In this document: positions 36,418-45,586 of the stretch, one piece after another
How the letters are laid out: each line of letters starts with the position of its first letter
Numbering within the stretch: the stretch's first letter is position 1
Program-made: the position numbers and the translations under genes
IMG/VR virus record: IMGVR_UViG_3300017700_000588
Span: 1 to 49,865 of that record
DNA length: 49,865 nucleotides
From: a virus
Lineage: Duplodnaviria; Caudoviricetes
Strand: one strand, 5' to 3'
The notes under the pieces: generated by a model
What the model saw: the letters and a program-made list of their open reading frames with translations, nothing else
Database searches by the model: none
What the model was told of the DNA's origin: nothing

Positions 36418-36806
36418 AAGTTCGGCTCAGAACCACAGACGGCAAGTCGTTCATCACCGACCTGTCCCACGACCAGCTATCCAGCCACGGTGTGATCGAG
36501 GTGGAGCACAAGTGCTTCGCCTATCGCGGCTTCATCAACAGGGGCGCTGCCGAGTACCAAGAAACTGGCCGGCTCGCCATCGCGTGGTCACGCTTCACGC
36601 AGGAACAGCCACCGCCAGTGTTCGGCGTCGGCGTAGCGGTCAAGCTCATCGCCGTGCACCGCGCCGAAGACAAGAAGTATATCGGCCAGTTCGCGACGAT
36701 CATCGACGGCTCTGGCATTATCACAGACTGGCGCATCAAGTTCGGCGACGGTCAATCCATCGGCGTCCTCACATCGGAGATTGTGTTATGCCCGCCGACT
36801 ACCTGA
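36414..36806 (+). CDS. Hypothetical protein
   Basis: ATGA-coupled; SH3-like C-terminal pattern. Confidence 0.55.
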   Translation: MKVRLRTTDGKSFITDLSHDQLSSHGVIEVEHKCFAYRGFINRGAAEYQETGRLAIAWSRFTQEQPPPVFGVGVAVKLIAVHRAEDKKYIGQFATIIDGSGIITDWRIKFGDGQSIGVLTSEIVLCPPTT

Positions 36807-37000
36807 TGCAGATGACTACCGCCACACCAGCGGAGACCCGCCACTACGTTGTTCGGCCCGGTGCCTGCCGCAAGGACCAGCGCCACAAGCTCGGCGAGTA
36901 CGAGCCCTGCTGGATCGAGGTCGGTACCGGCGCGATCATGTCGCCGAACCACGACTGGGTGATCTCCATCGCCGAGCTGGAGGAAAGGATCAGTGAGTAG
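36788..37000 (+). CDS. Hypothetical protein
   Basis: C-terminal part of ORF 36332..37000 with GGAG RBS. Confidence 0.45.
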   Translation: MPADYLMQMTTATPAETRHYVVRPGACRKDQRHKLGEYEPCWIEVGTGAIMSPNHDWVISIAELEERISE

Positions 37001-37193
37001 CTGGCTCATCGCCTACGCTGTCGGCGTGGTGTCAATGACTTTCGGTTTCTGCCGTTGGGCCAAGGACAACCCGTCGCCAGCTCAACGGAGATGGGGTTAT
37101 GTCGTAGGCTGCACCTGTGCAATCATGGTGTGGCCATTCACAGTGGCGCTCGGCCTATCCAGTGCAGTCTATCAATCGTGGAGGAACAAGTGA
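36993..37193 (+). CDS. Small membrane protein
   Basis: Two hydrophobic segments, WP motif. Confidence 0.55.
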   Translation: MSSWLIAYAVGVVSMTFGFCRWAKDNPSPAQRRWGYVVGCTCAIMVWPFTVALGLSSAVYQSWRNK

Positions 37194-37408
37194 TTAACAC
37201 CATGATCTGCAAGATCGGCGTCAAGGCTCCTGTGGGCATTAGCCAGCAGAAGATCGAGGCGCTGGTGATCCAAGCGCTGCGGGAATACCGCGACTCGATG
37301 GACAGCGACGACGCCCCGCTGAAGCTTCTGACGTTCGGCACAGTGCGCCGCGGTCGCGAGCATCAAGGCGAAAGCCCCGCCGCACACATCTTCGGAGAAT
37401 GCAAATGA
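37190..37408 (+). CDS. Hypothetical protein
   Basis: GGAGG RBS, GTGA coupling. Confidence 0.5.
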   Translation: MINTMICKIGVKAPVGISQQKIEALVIQALREYRDSMDSDDAPLKLLTFGTVRRGREHQGESPAAHIFGECK

Positions 37409-37617
37409 AAGGCACCATACGGGAAGCTCTCGAGTCCACCTGCGTGCGCACACCCGCCAAGCGTGGTCACTTCACCCACGACGAAGGTGTGCTACCGCGC
37501 GCCAACGATCTGCTGCTCTACCGCGAGCAGCTGCTTCGGTTCCTGAAGGAAGCCAGCAATATGGGCGAGTCAGACATGACCATCGACGAGCTCATCGAGG
37601 AACTGGAAGATGCCTAA
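37405..37617 (+). CDS. Hypothetical protein
   Basis: ATGA coupling. Confidence 0.55.
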   Translation: MKGTIREALESTCVRTPAKRGHFTHDEGVLPRANDLLLYREQLLRFLKEASNMGESDMTIDELIEELEDA

Positions 37618-37816
37618 CGGTCAGGATGGCCGAGAGCCCCATTACTGCAAATGGTGTGAGACCACCTTCATGATCCGCGTGCCTCTATTCTACACCGGCG
37701 ACGCGATAGTCAAGTGCGGATGCGGCACTCGCCATCCCCGCCAGTTCGAAGCCGGCGTAGCAATCTCGTGTGACCCGCCCCGCGGCAAACACATAACCAT
37801 AGAGGAGTGCAAGTGA
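37610..37816 (+). CDS. Small zinc-ribbon protein
   Basis: CKWC...C.CG..H. Confidence 0.55.
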   Translation: MPNGQDGREPHYCKWCETTFMIRVPLFYTGDAIVKCGCGTRHPRQFEAGVAISCDPPRGKHITIEECK

Positions 37817-38238
37817 GTCACCTAATCCAGAAGAAAGACACGGGCCTCGATCTCACGATCAGTCGAGCCTTCGCCGAAGCCCACATCCGCTTCCTCGACA
37901 CGGAGGACCGCCAGCACATGGTGACCTTCGACATCGAGTCGGCTCACAGGCTGGGCCAAATGTTCGATGATCGGTCGATGGAGAACGCCACCAAGAAGCG
38001 TTCACCGATCACGCCACAGTCCAAGCTGTGGTCATTCATGGAGGCGACGGTCAACACCGCCATCTCCTACGCGCTCGGCCTGCTCATTGGGTACTTCGTC
38101 TATGGGTATTACCAGCTGCCCATCGACTTCGCGCTCAACATGAAGATCACCGCCACCTTCCTGGTGATCGGCATGGCACGCCACTACTTCATCCGCCGCT
38201 GGTTCAACTGGATGGGAACCAAACATGGTGAGCGGTGA
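37813..38238 (+). CDS. Membrane protein
   Basis: QSK..S..EA..N...Y, two TM segments, R.Y.IRR.FN. Confidence 0.6.
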   Translation: MSHLIQKKDTGLDLTISRAFAEAHIRFLDTEDRQHMVTFDIESAHRLGQMFDDRSMENATKKRSPITPQSKLWSFMEATVNTAISYALGLLIGYFVYGYYQLPIDFALNMKITATFLVIGMARHYFIRRWFNWMGTKHGER

Positions 38239-38995
38239 TTTCTGCCAGCACGACTGGCCCGGTTCGGGATGTCCCGATTGTCGCAAGGAGAGACAAGTCA
38301 TGAAGATCACAGCAAGAGCCGGCGGTTATTCATCGGTCGTAGGCCAGTCCGTTCTGCTGCATGACGAGACTGGTCGAGTAGTATGCCAGCTCGCCCTGCT
38401 CAACGTCGGCAACACCATCGACCGAACGCACAAGGAGCTGTGCAATGAGTACGCCATGCTCGTGGTCGACGCGGTCAACGCCAACCCCGCTACCGTCTCC
38501 ACTCAGCTCAACGCTCGACACTCCATCGAGGTACTGTCGATCATGCGGGGCTTCTGCGAACGAGCGGTCAAGGGTTTGTTTCTTGAGGCCGACGCAGCTC
38601 GCATTCTCGGTCGAGCAATCGCTGAGCAGACGGGTCGAGTTGATCCGAGCATGGTCGCTTACAAGGTGAAGGACAGCCGAGGCGATTACTGGCAGACGAC
38701 GTTCGAGGGCAAGCCCTACAACTTCAAGACGGGCACACCCTTCACGCCAGCTCAGTGGGTGCTGTGTGCTGAACGTGAACCGACCGTCGGCGGTAGTTAC
38801 ACTGTTGGTCACTGGATCGGACCGAAGAACGGTCTACGTCAGTTCCGCCGGCTACACAACTGCTACTTCATTATTCATGAGAATAACCAACCCACATGGT
38901 ATCAGCAGAAAAAGGATCGCTACGGCAATCAGTTGCGAGCATTCCCACAGTACTGGCTCGAAGGCATGCCAGGCGCACCGGAGGACAAGTCATGA
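38225..38995 (+). CDS. Multi-domain hypothetical protein (DUF551-like C-terminus)
   Basis: QWV.C.ER.P ... YW...P..P. Confidence 0.55.
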   Translation: MVSGDFCQHDWPGSGCPDCRKERQVMKITARAGGYSSVVGQSVLLHDETGRVVCQLALLNVGNTIDRTHKELCNEYAMLVVDAVNANPATVSTQLNARHSIEVLSIMRGFCERAVKGLFLEADAARILGRAIAEQTGRVDPSMVAYKVKDSRGDYWQTTFEGKPYNFKTGTPFTPAQWVLCAEREPTVGGSYTVGHWIGPKNGLRQFRRLHNCYFIIHENNQPTWYQQKKDRYGNQLRAFPQYWLEGMPGAPEDKS

Positions 38996-39249
38996 GCGTT
39001 GAGACACCAGTCGACCCAGACTCCCACATGTGGAAATCCTGGCTGCACTACAAGAAGTCTGAAGACTACGCAGCCACCATGCACTGGGCACAGTACGACC
39101 AGCATCGAGTCGGTTCTGCCTGGGCCGTCTACATGCGAGGCTACGATGACGCTCAAGGCGAGCCCGGTCACTGGGGTGCTTGCGGCGTGGTCTTCATCGC
39201 GTTCACAGGCGCCATCGTCGGGTTCTGCGCGGGCGCGATCCTATGGTGA
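38992..39249 (+). CDS. Hypothetical membrane-anchored protein
   Basis: GGAGG RBS, C-terminal TM. Confidence 0.55.
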   Translation: MSVETPVDPDSHMWKSWLHYKKSEDYAATMHWAQYDQHRVGSAWAVYMRGYDDAQGEPGHWGACGVVFIAFTGAIVGFCAGAILW

Positions 39250-39773
39250 GCATCGAGCAGCTTGCGAAGGAGGTTCGCGACGAGGCAGCGGATGTCGTCA
39301 AGCGACATCAGAAGCTAGCGTCGCTCAACCTTTATCGCGTCCTCGCGCGTTGCCTGGAGGTCGCAGAGCGTTGCGCGCTGTCGCACGATGCGTCGAATGC
39401 AATGCGACGCCTAGTAGCGTCCGAGGTTCCTCCCGGTCGCAGTCGCGCGTATGTCGAGCACAGCAGCGACGAGTTCGTGCTCGTGTGTCGCTACGTCTTG
39501 AACGGCGAAAGTCACGCCAACCTCTCGCGGTACAGCAATGCACTGCGCGAGGCCAAAAAGATGCAGCTCCACAGCAGTGACCTGTTCGCGTGGCTCAAGG
39601 ACAAGGGCGGAGTCAACGCGCTGTTCTTGCGCAGGCCCACGGCGCACAATGCTGTGAACGTGCGGCACATCCGACTCGACAAGCCAGTGACGCTGCCCAA
39701 GTCGGGGCAGTTCACGCTCGTGCTCGAGCGGCTGCCAGATGGCTACTTCACAGTGGTGGAGGAAATCCATTGA
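39243..39773 (+). CDS. Hypothetical protein
   Basis: SRYS.ALR.A, ..W.K..GG.NA motif; coupled. Confidence 0.6.
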   Translation: MVSIEQLAKEVRDEAADVVKRHQKLASLNLYRVLARCLEVAERCALSHDASNAMRRLVASEVPPGRSRAYVEHSSDEFVLVCRYVLNGESHANLSRYSNALREAKKMQLHSSDLFAWLKDKGGVNALFLRRPTAHNAVNVRHIRLDKPVTLPKSGQFTLVLERLPDGYFTVVEEIH

Positions 39774-40045
39774 GGCAGATCGAGAGGATCGCACTCAACC
39801 GAATGCTGCGCCGTCGCGGCCTGCCCGTGCAGCGGCACAAGTTCTGGATGGTGGTTGACAAGCGGCACTTGCCGGCTATCCGAGTGGAAGAGTGGTGGCG
39901 TGAGCATCCGGGCGCTACCGTCAAGGAAATCGCCCGCGCGCTCGACATGACGCCCAACGCCGTGCAGCTCCACGCTGCGCGCTTGCGCCAGAAATGGCGT
40001 AGAGAATTGCAGCTTTATCGCAACGCCATTCGTCGTAAGATGTGA
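39770..40045 (+). CDS. HTH DNA-binding protein
   Basis: HPGATVKEIARALDMT.NAV..H..RL; GGAGG RBS, TTG start. Confidence 0.6.
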   Translation: MRQIERIALNRMLRRRGLPVQRHKFWMVVDKRHLPAIRVEEWWREHPGATVKEIARALDMTPNAVQLHAARLRQKWRRELQLYRNAIRRKM

Positions 40046-40063
40046 CATCACAGGAGGACACAC

Positions 40064-40342
40064 GTGGCGATTAGCAAGCAGCTCTACGATCTTCGCAAGA
40101 AGTTCGACCCTGGTCTCCGGTTCTCATTCGGCAATCTGCTGATCGGCACCAGCTGGCAACACTACAAGGGTGGCCGCTATTGCATCACGGGCATCCTGTG
40201 GGACTCGACTGCTGAAGAATGGGCGATCAAATACATTCGCCCCAATGCCGACGCGATGGAGTATTCCCGCACCATCACGAACTGGTACTCGAAGCCGTTT
40301 GTCGGCGACACCGAGACCCCCCGCTTCAAGGAGATCAAATGA
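40064..40342 (+). CDS. DUF1653-like protein
   Basis: WQHYKGG.Y, ..Y.R...W......PRF. Confidence 0.7.
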   Translation: MAISKQLYDLRKKFDPGLRFSFGNLLIGTSWQHYKGGRYCITGILWDSTAEEWAIKYIRPNADAMEYSRTITNWYSKPFVGDTETPRFKEIK

Positions 40343-40632
40343 GCCAGGTGGATGTAGTCACCTTGGACAAGCTGCTGAGGCAGCGAGCCAAGGATAAGTT
40401 CAACGATCTTATCCACAATGCGGTGGAGGACTGCTACAAGCGGGTCTGCACCGATCTCCGCTCTGGTTTCTACGATCCGGATGTGGATAAGGCCAAGCAG
40501 GACTTCAAGGCGGTGATGCGCGAGAAGCTCACGCAGCGCTACCAGCAGTTCGCCATCGAGAACTTCCTCAAGGACCACCAGCGGCTTGCTGAGCAGGTCC
40601 AGAATTTGGAGTCCATCGCTCATGAGCATTAA
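40339..40632 (+). CDS. Hypothetical protein
   Basis: AAGGAG RBS, ATGA coupling. Confidence 0.6.
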   Translation: MSQVDVVTLDKLLRQRAKDKFNDLIHNAVEDCYKRVCTDLRSGFYDPDVDKAKQDFKAVMREKLTQRYQQFAIENFLKDHQRLAEQVQNLESIAHEH

Positions 40633-41059
40633 GGCATGGGTGGTCATGGGCAATGACTATCCCGCTGGCGTCTTCGCATCGGAGGCGGCAGCGGACGAGT
40701 TTATTCTGTTCCAGAAGTGGTGGTATCAGGTTCAGTCGGACTACCAGCGGGCGCACATTCACTGGCGCCACTACGAGTTCACCCTCGAGACCGAGTACGT
40801 GCCACCCACTCTCCAGCCCGGTCAGGGTAAGAAGTTCGAGGACATGATGTCCGATGATCTCAGACGAGAATGGTTCTACTGGTACCGACGCGAAGCCGAC
40901 AATCCGCGCGCGGCCGCGAGTGCTGCGGGTGAGTTCCGACGCAAAGTGGAGACCGAGCTTCGGGCTCGTCGGATTGACACTGCGGCTATGCTGGACGCTT
41001 ACCGCTCTGTTGCTGTTGATCCTGCTCAGCGTCGAGGCCCACCGGTCTCGATACGGTAA
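40622..41059 (+). CDS. Hypothetical protein
   Basis: WVVMGNDYP.GVF.SE..A motif. Confidence 0.55.
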   Translation: MSIKAWVVMGNDYPAGVFASEAAADEFILFQKWWYQVQSDYQRAHIHWRHYEFTLETEYVPPTLQPGQGKKFEDMMSDDLRREWFYWYRREADNPRAAASAAGEFRRKVETELRARRIDTAAMLDAYRSVAVDPAQRRGPPVSIR

Positions 41060-41122
41060 CTGCCTGTTCTACCCACTACCCTTCACCCGCGTCAACGATG
41101 ACGCCAACTGCGGAGAAAGACC

Positions 41123-41242
41123 ATGAAGTTCCTGTGCATCTGTCTGTTGCTGGGAGGCTGCGCTGCAAGCCAGCCCAGCGGCGACATGGGCAACGTTTAC
41201 GGCAAGGCCCTCGCTGGCCACATCAAGGAGACGCATCGGTGA
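41123..41242 (+). CDS. 39-aa lipoprotein (not in ORF track)
   Basis: MKFLCICLLLGGC|AASQ lipobox; GGAG RBS; stop overlaps thyX GTG. Confidence 0.55.
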   Translation: MKFLCICLLLGGCAASQPSGDMGNVYGKALAGHIKETHR

Positions 41243-42117
41243 CCATCATTCGCGCAACCACTATCCTCCACAGCTGCAACATCGACCAGGACCACGAGGT
41301 GCCGTCACTGTGGCAGGGTCTGCTGACCTACCCGCGGTGCATCCACGCCGAACTGCTCACGCATCGGGTCTTCAGCAAGAACTCGGCGTCGTCGCGTGCG
41401 ATCCCTGTGAAGCGGCTGATCCAGGATGTGATAGACCATCCCTACGTGCCGATCAAGTGGAGCAAGAACGCTCCGGGCATGAAGGAGTCAGCCTACTTTG
41501 AAGGTGCCGAGAAGCAGGCGCTCATCGATCAGTGGCTGAGCGACCGCGACGAGGCGGTGCAGAAAGCCTGGTGGTACGAAGCGAAGGGCGTCCACAAGCA
41601 GGTGGTCAATCGCATCCTCGAGCCCTACGCGCATATCACCGTCTTCCTCAGCGGCACGGCGTTCTCGAACTTCTTCGGTCTGCGGCTCGAGGGCGCCGAA
41701 CCTCACTTCGAAATGCTGGCGGCAGAAATCCACAGGGAGTACACCGGCTCGCCGCGGCAGTTACTGCGTCCTGGCGAGTGGGCTCTGCCTTGGGTCAAAC
41801 CCGAAGACTACCGTCGGTTCAGCCTCAAGTCCGGCCAGATGCATCCCGACCTCATCAAGCTCAGTATCGCTCGGTCGGCGCACACCAGCTACCAGACTGT
41901 GGACGGCAAGGAGATGACTTACGATCTTGCCATCAACCTGGCCGACCGCATCATCGACAGCCGACCACTGCATGCATCGCCGACCGAACACCAGGCGCGG
42001 GCGGATCGCTTCTGGCGCACAGCGAACAACTCGGGCTGGGAAGGCGCCGGTCTCGAAGGCAACTTCGATCCGGGTTGGGTGCAATTCAGGAAGACGCTTC
42101 CTAACGAACGTCTTTGA
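41239..42117 (+). CDS. thyX: FAD-dependent thymidylate synthase
   Basis: PR.IHAE.LTHR.FS.NSASSRAIP, HKQ..NR.LEP, HASP.EHQA; AAGGAG RBS before GTG 41239. Confidence 0.85.
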   Translation: MTIIRATTILHSCNIDQDHEVPSLWQGLLTYPRCIHAELLTHRVFSKNSASSRAIPVKRLIQDVIDHPYVPIKWSKNAPGMKESAYFEGAEKQALIDQWLSDRDEAVQKAWWYEAKGVHKQVVNRILEPYAHITVFLSGTAFSNFFGLRLEGAEPHFEMLAAEIHREYTGSPRQLLRPGEWALPWVKPEDYRRFSLKSGQMHPDLIKLSIARSAHTSYQTVDGKEMTYDLAINLADRIIDSRPLHASPTEHQARADRFWRTANNSGWEGAGLEGNFDPGWVQFRKTLPNERL

Positions 42118-42170
42118 CAGACGACGCCATAGTCGTCAGAATGAAGCATCGATAACAAGAGGAGACATCG

Positions 42171-42425
42171 ATGAGAGTCAATCGATCCAGCCTACTCGCT
42201 GCAGCCGCCATGTCGAGCATCACGTCATTGGGCGCGAACGTGCTCAGCCGAGACGAGGCACCGAAGATGCCACCGCCGACCAAGAAGAAGACCAAGCGTA
42301 GGAGGGCCAAGGCGGCACCATCCTACTTCATCACTCGCGGCAAGTATATCCCCGGCGGCGAGTATCGCAACTGTGGCTGGAACGGCATCTCGCCGAAGAA
42401 GGTCCCACTCGAGAAGAGGGTCTGA
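42171..42425 (+). CDS. Hypothetical basic protein
   Basis: GAGGAG RBS. Confidence 0.55.
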   Translation: MRVNRSSLLAAAAMSSITSLGANVLSRDEAPKMPPPTKKKTKRRRAKAAPSYFITRGKYIPGGEYRNCGWNGISPKKVPLEKRV

Positions 42426-42748
42426 TGGCCGAAGTATTGAACGCAGGGGCAGGCGTCGCAACTGCCCGACTGTCCGACGCGCTGGGTAACGCCAGTGCCA
42501 AGGCCGAGGCTGACGACCGGACGCTCGCCGCCGTCAAGCGGGCCAATCGTCCGAAACCCGCTGAGCTGCAGGCCGAGCTGTCGGCGGAGGCTCGCAACGA
42601 GATCGCCACCGAGCGCTACTTGCTCGACGGGTTCTTCAAGGCGAAGCTGCAGAACGGGGAGCAGGAGGTCGAGATCACCGACGTTCTGGTCATCCGCAAC
42701 CTGCAGGCCATCGCCAAGAGCCTGGTGGATCGGAGCAGCAGCCGATGA
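42425..42748 (+). CDS. Hypothetical protein
   Basis: Coupled ORF, typical codon usage. Confidence 0.6.
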   Translation: MAEVLNAGAGVATARLSDALGNASAKAEADDRTLAAVKRANRPKPAELQAELSAEARNEIATERYLLDGFFKAKLQNGEQEVEITDVLVIRNLQAIAKSLVDRSSSR

Positions 42749-42990
42749 GCGATCAGGTGGACAACGTCACCGAAGGTCTTCGGCTGCTCGCTGACATCGA
42801 GCGCGAGGCCCACGTCAACATGGTCCAGATGAAGTCGAAGATGATCGCCATCGACGTGGCGCTTCTCTCCAACGATCCGGCGCAACTCGAGGTTGCCCGC
42901 ACCGAACTCATGAGCGTGTTCGAGGCGGGCATCGACATGAAGATCCGCAACCATCGCAAGATGCAAGCTCTCGAGGCCAAGCTGCGGTAA
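42745..42990 (+). CDS. Hypothetical protein
   Basis: Coupled ORF. Confidence 0.6.
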   Translation: MSDQVDNVTEGLRLLADIEREAHVNMVQMKSKMIAIDVALLSNDPAQLEVARTELMSVFEAGIDMKIRNHRKMQALEAKLR

Positions 42991-43610
42991 TGCCCGTCAA
43001 GGCTATCATCGTTGTCGGCCACGGTAAGGATTGCCCTTACTGTGGCCGAGTCATGTCCATCGATGGCAAGTCGGATACTGACGCTTATCCGACGCGCGAT
43101 CACATCAACCCGCGCATGGCGGGCGGCGGACCTCGCATCATCGTATGCCGGAAGTGTAACCTCGACAAGCAGGCGCAGTCATTATCTGGCTGGCACCAGG
43201 TGCTCGTGAGGACCGGCGATGAGCGTGCGCCGAGCGTCGCTGCGTTTATTGAGCTGGTGCGAACTGGCGCTCACCTGAGGATCATTGCACGTTATGAGAG
43301 AGAAGCCGACAAACTCAACAAGTACAAGCGCTCTGACGAAACCGATGAGTCGCGTCATGCGAAGCACATCTTGGAGCAACGAAGAAGAACAGCTCGTGCG
43401 AAAGCTCGCAGAGGACGGCTTAACCGCCGACGCAATCGCGAAAGAGATGAAGCGAACGCGCAGCTCGGTCTTGGGATTCATTCACAGGAACAAGATCGTG
43501 CTGCACCGCCGGGACCACAGGGTGCCCATGAAGGATGTCAAGCCCACCACCTTCGTCAGGGGCACCAAGAAGGCGGAAGTGCAGAGGACTCCCGGTTCCG
43601 CTGTGATTGA
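42990..43610 (+). CDS. HNH endonuclease
   Basis: CPYCG, TRDHINPR..GG, VCRKCN..K. Confidence 0.8.
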   Translation: MPVKAIIVVGHGKDCPYCGRVMSIDGKSDTDAYPTRDHINPRMAGGGPRIIVCRKCNLDKQAQSLSGWHQVLVRTGDERAPSVAAFIELVRTGAHLRIIARYEREADKLNKYKRSDETDESRHAKHILEQRRRTARAKARRGRLNRRRNRERDEANAQLGLGIHSQEQDRAAPPGPQGAHEGCQAHHLRQGHQEGGSAEDSRFRCD

Positions 43611-43884
43611 CACGACGAAGCGGGAAGGCAACAACCGCTTCAACTATCGCCGCGCGGAAGACATGCTCAAGGCACCACAGACGGTGGGTGATTGGCCGAA
43701 GCCCGAGAATGAGCATTCGGTGCTCATCGCCGATCTGAAGTCGACCCACTGTCAGATGCCTCTGTGGGACTTTATCGCGCCTGACAGCAAGTACTGTGGT
43801 CGTCCTCGTCTTCGGTTCCGTGAAGTCACCGTTTCGCCCTACTGCGCGGGTTGTCACAAACTCGCGTATCAACCGCCTCGTTAA
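43345..43884 (+). CDS. gcrA: GcrA-family cell-cycle transcriptional regulator
   Basis: WS.E....L...GLTA..IA....TR.SVLG.IHR; L..L....C..PL, YCG, PYC..C...AY. Confidence 0.85.
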   Translation: MSRVMRSTSWSNEEEQLVRKLAEDGLTADAIAKEMKRTRSSVLGFIHRNKIVLHRRDHRVPMKDVKPTTFVRGTKKAEVQRTPGSAVIDTTKREGNNRFNYRRAEDMLKAPQTVGDWPKPENEHSVLIADLKSTHCQMPLWDFIAPDSKYCGRPRLRFREVTVSPYCAGCHKLAYQPPR

Positions 43885-43931
43885 CTATATCCTCGTTCTT
43901 TCTTGACAGGTTTCTCCATCTCGTCTAAGAT
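43880..43931 (+). promoter_or_regulatory. Near-consensus sigma70 promoter
   Basis: GTTAAC-17-TTGACA-17-TAAGAT, then AAGGAGG RBS. Confidence 0.75.
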
Positions 43932-43959
43932 ATTCTTAGATGAAAAGGAGGAACCTGTC

Positions 43960-44247
43960 ATGAAGCTTCGTGAGATCATCAAGAACCAGACCGTCCTTGA
44001 AGATGTGTCCGTCTTCGCCATGACCACCAAGGACTATGATGGGTCCGCTCCCAACATCCTGATCGGCATCTACAAGGCAGGTGAGGCGGCACGTTCGCTT
44101 TACCACCTCGAGCTGACGCGTGAGGCCACTCTCAAACTCATCCAGCAGCTATCCGCCGCCTACGCCGAGCAGCCCTACACCCCCGAAGAAATCGCGCACC
44201 ACGAAGCAGTCGTGGCTGATCGCAAGGCAGAAGGAGCTTACCTCTGA
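43960..44247 (+). CDS. Hypothetical protein
   Basis: First gene after promoter, strong RBS. Confidence 0.65.
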   Translation: MKLREIIKNQTVLEDVSVFAMTTKDYDGSAPNILIGIYKAGEAARSLYHLELTREATLKLIQQLSAAYAEQPYTPEEIAHHEAVVADRKAEGAYL

Positions 44248-44954
44248 TGGATGACTCAATCCGCGATAACATGAAGGTCAAGGTCGCCAAGATGTTGGCG
44301 ATTGCCCGCGACCGAGGCGCCAGCGAGGCCGAGGCTGCCACCGCCATGTCGATGGCGACCAAGATGATGCTGCTCCACGGCATCAAGGAAGCCGAGCTGC
44401 AGACGTCCCAGGAAATCGCCGGCCGCAGCGAGAACGTCGAGCTCGACCGCGACTGGCAGGAGATCATCGCACAGGCAGCTGGCAATCTCTTCGGCTGCAT
44501 GACGCTGCTGACGCGGGATCGCATCAAGGGCACGCCGTGCTTCTACTATGTCGGCCGGCCCGAGAACCACGACGCGGCCAAGCAGACGTTCAACTATCTG
44601 CTCGACCAGGTCGAACGCCTCTACAAGGCGGGACTGCCTCGTGGCATGGTGCAGAGCGCTCGTGCTCAGTTCCGCCGCACGTTCAAGTATGCCTGTGCAT
44701 GCCGCATCGCTCACCGTGCCCGCGAGCTGGTCGAGGAGATGAAGCGCGGCGAACACACGACCGAAGTCTCGGGCGGCACCGCACTCGTGGTGCAAGGCTA
44801 CTTCGACAAGCTCGCCGATGAGGTCGATGCGTTCCTCGCATCCACCGGCATGAAGATCCGTACCAAGCAGGCTCGTCCGCGTGCATCTGGTAACGGTACC
44901 GCAGCAGGCCTTGCCGCCGGCAACGCCGTCAACCTCAGGAGTGCACTCCGTTGA
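44247..44954 (+). CDS. DUF2786-domain protein
   Basis: KV.KMLA.A....A.E.EA..A...A.K.M..HGI; F..G...RI; C-terminal G...G..V.L. Confidence 0.8.
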   Translation: MDDSIRDNMKVKVAKMLAIARDRGASEAEAATAMSMATKMMLLHGIKEAELQTSQEIAGRSENVELDRDWQEIIAQAAGNLFGCMTLLTRDRIKGTPCFYYVGRPENHDAAKQTFNYLLDQVERLYKAGLPRGMVQSARAQFRRTFKYACACRIAHRARELVEEMKRGEHTTEVSGGTALVVQGYFDKLADEVDAFLASTGMKIRTKQARPRASGNGTAAGLAAGNAVNLRSALR

Positions 44955-45214
44955 TCCCACCTTTCGAAGAAACGATCCGTAGGATCGAGGAGGAGTTTCC
45001 CGGCCATGGCTGGCTCCTGCGAAACAACCTGCCGAACGATCCGCTTCTCAATCGGCACGATCCCTCCGAGCGGGGCAAGTACTTCTTCCACTTGCACAGC
45101 ATGGAGTTCGACCGGGCGTCGTTCTCCTACAAGCACAGCATCCGTCGCTACGGCGACTCTAAGGATGTGGTCGCGTTCGAGGCTCTGTGCGCTGCACAGG
45201 CGGGAATGTACTGA
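44951..45214 (+). CDS. Hypothetical protein
   Basis: AGGAG RBS, TTGA coupling. Confidence 0.5.
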   Translation: MIPPFEETIRRIEEEFPGHGWLLRNNLPNDPLLNRHDPSERGKYFFHLHSMEFDRASFSYKHSIRRYGDSKDVVAFEALCAAQAGMY

Positions 45215-45287
45215 GACTCTGGCAGTTGCATTCTGGGACGTCCTGCGCTAGGATGTCCCGGTTGCAACACGCTTAAGGAGCGTTCCT

Positions 45288-45563
45288 ATGAAATACCGCG
45301 CACTCGCCAAGGCCTACCAGTTCGTGAAGGGCTCGATGACCGACCCGACCCGGGAGGACGCGATCTGGCTCACCGAAGGCGAGAAGAAGAAGTTCACCGA
45401 CAAGCAGCTGGACAAGCTCAACATCTGCTTCGCCGACCTGGTCGAGAAGGCGCAGGCCAAGCTCGAGAGCCAGGGTCTCGACTTCGGCGCCATGCTGAAG
45501 AACATGCCGAAGCCGGCCGATCACGTGAACCCGCCGCTGGCCGGCGCCAACGACGAAGACTGA
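45288..45563 (+). CDS. Hypothetical protein (highly biased codons)
   Basis: TAAGGAG RBS, flanked by stem-loop and terminator. Confidence 0.7.
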   Translation: MKYRALAKAYQFVKGSMTDPTREDAIWLTEGEKKKFTDKQLDKLNICFADLVEKAQAKLESQGLDFGAMLKNMPKPADHVNPPLAGANDED

Positions 45564-45586
45564 TCGCATCCGCGGTCGGGTTCAAT

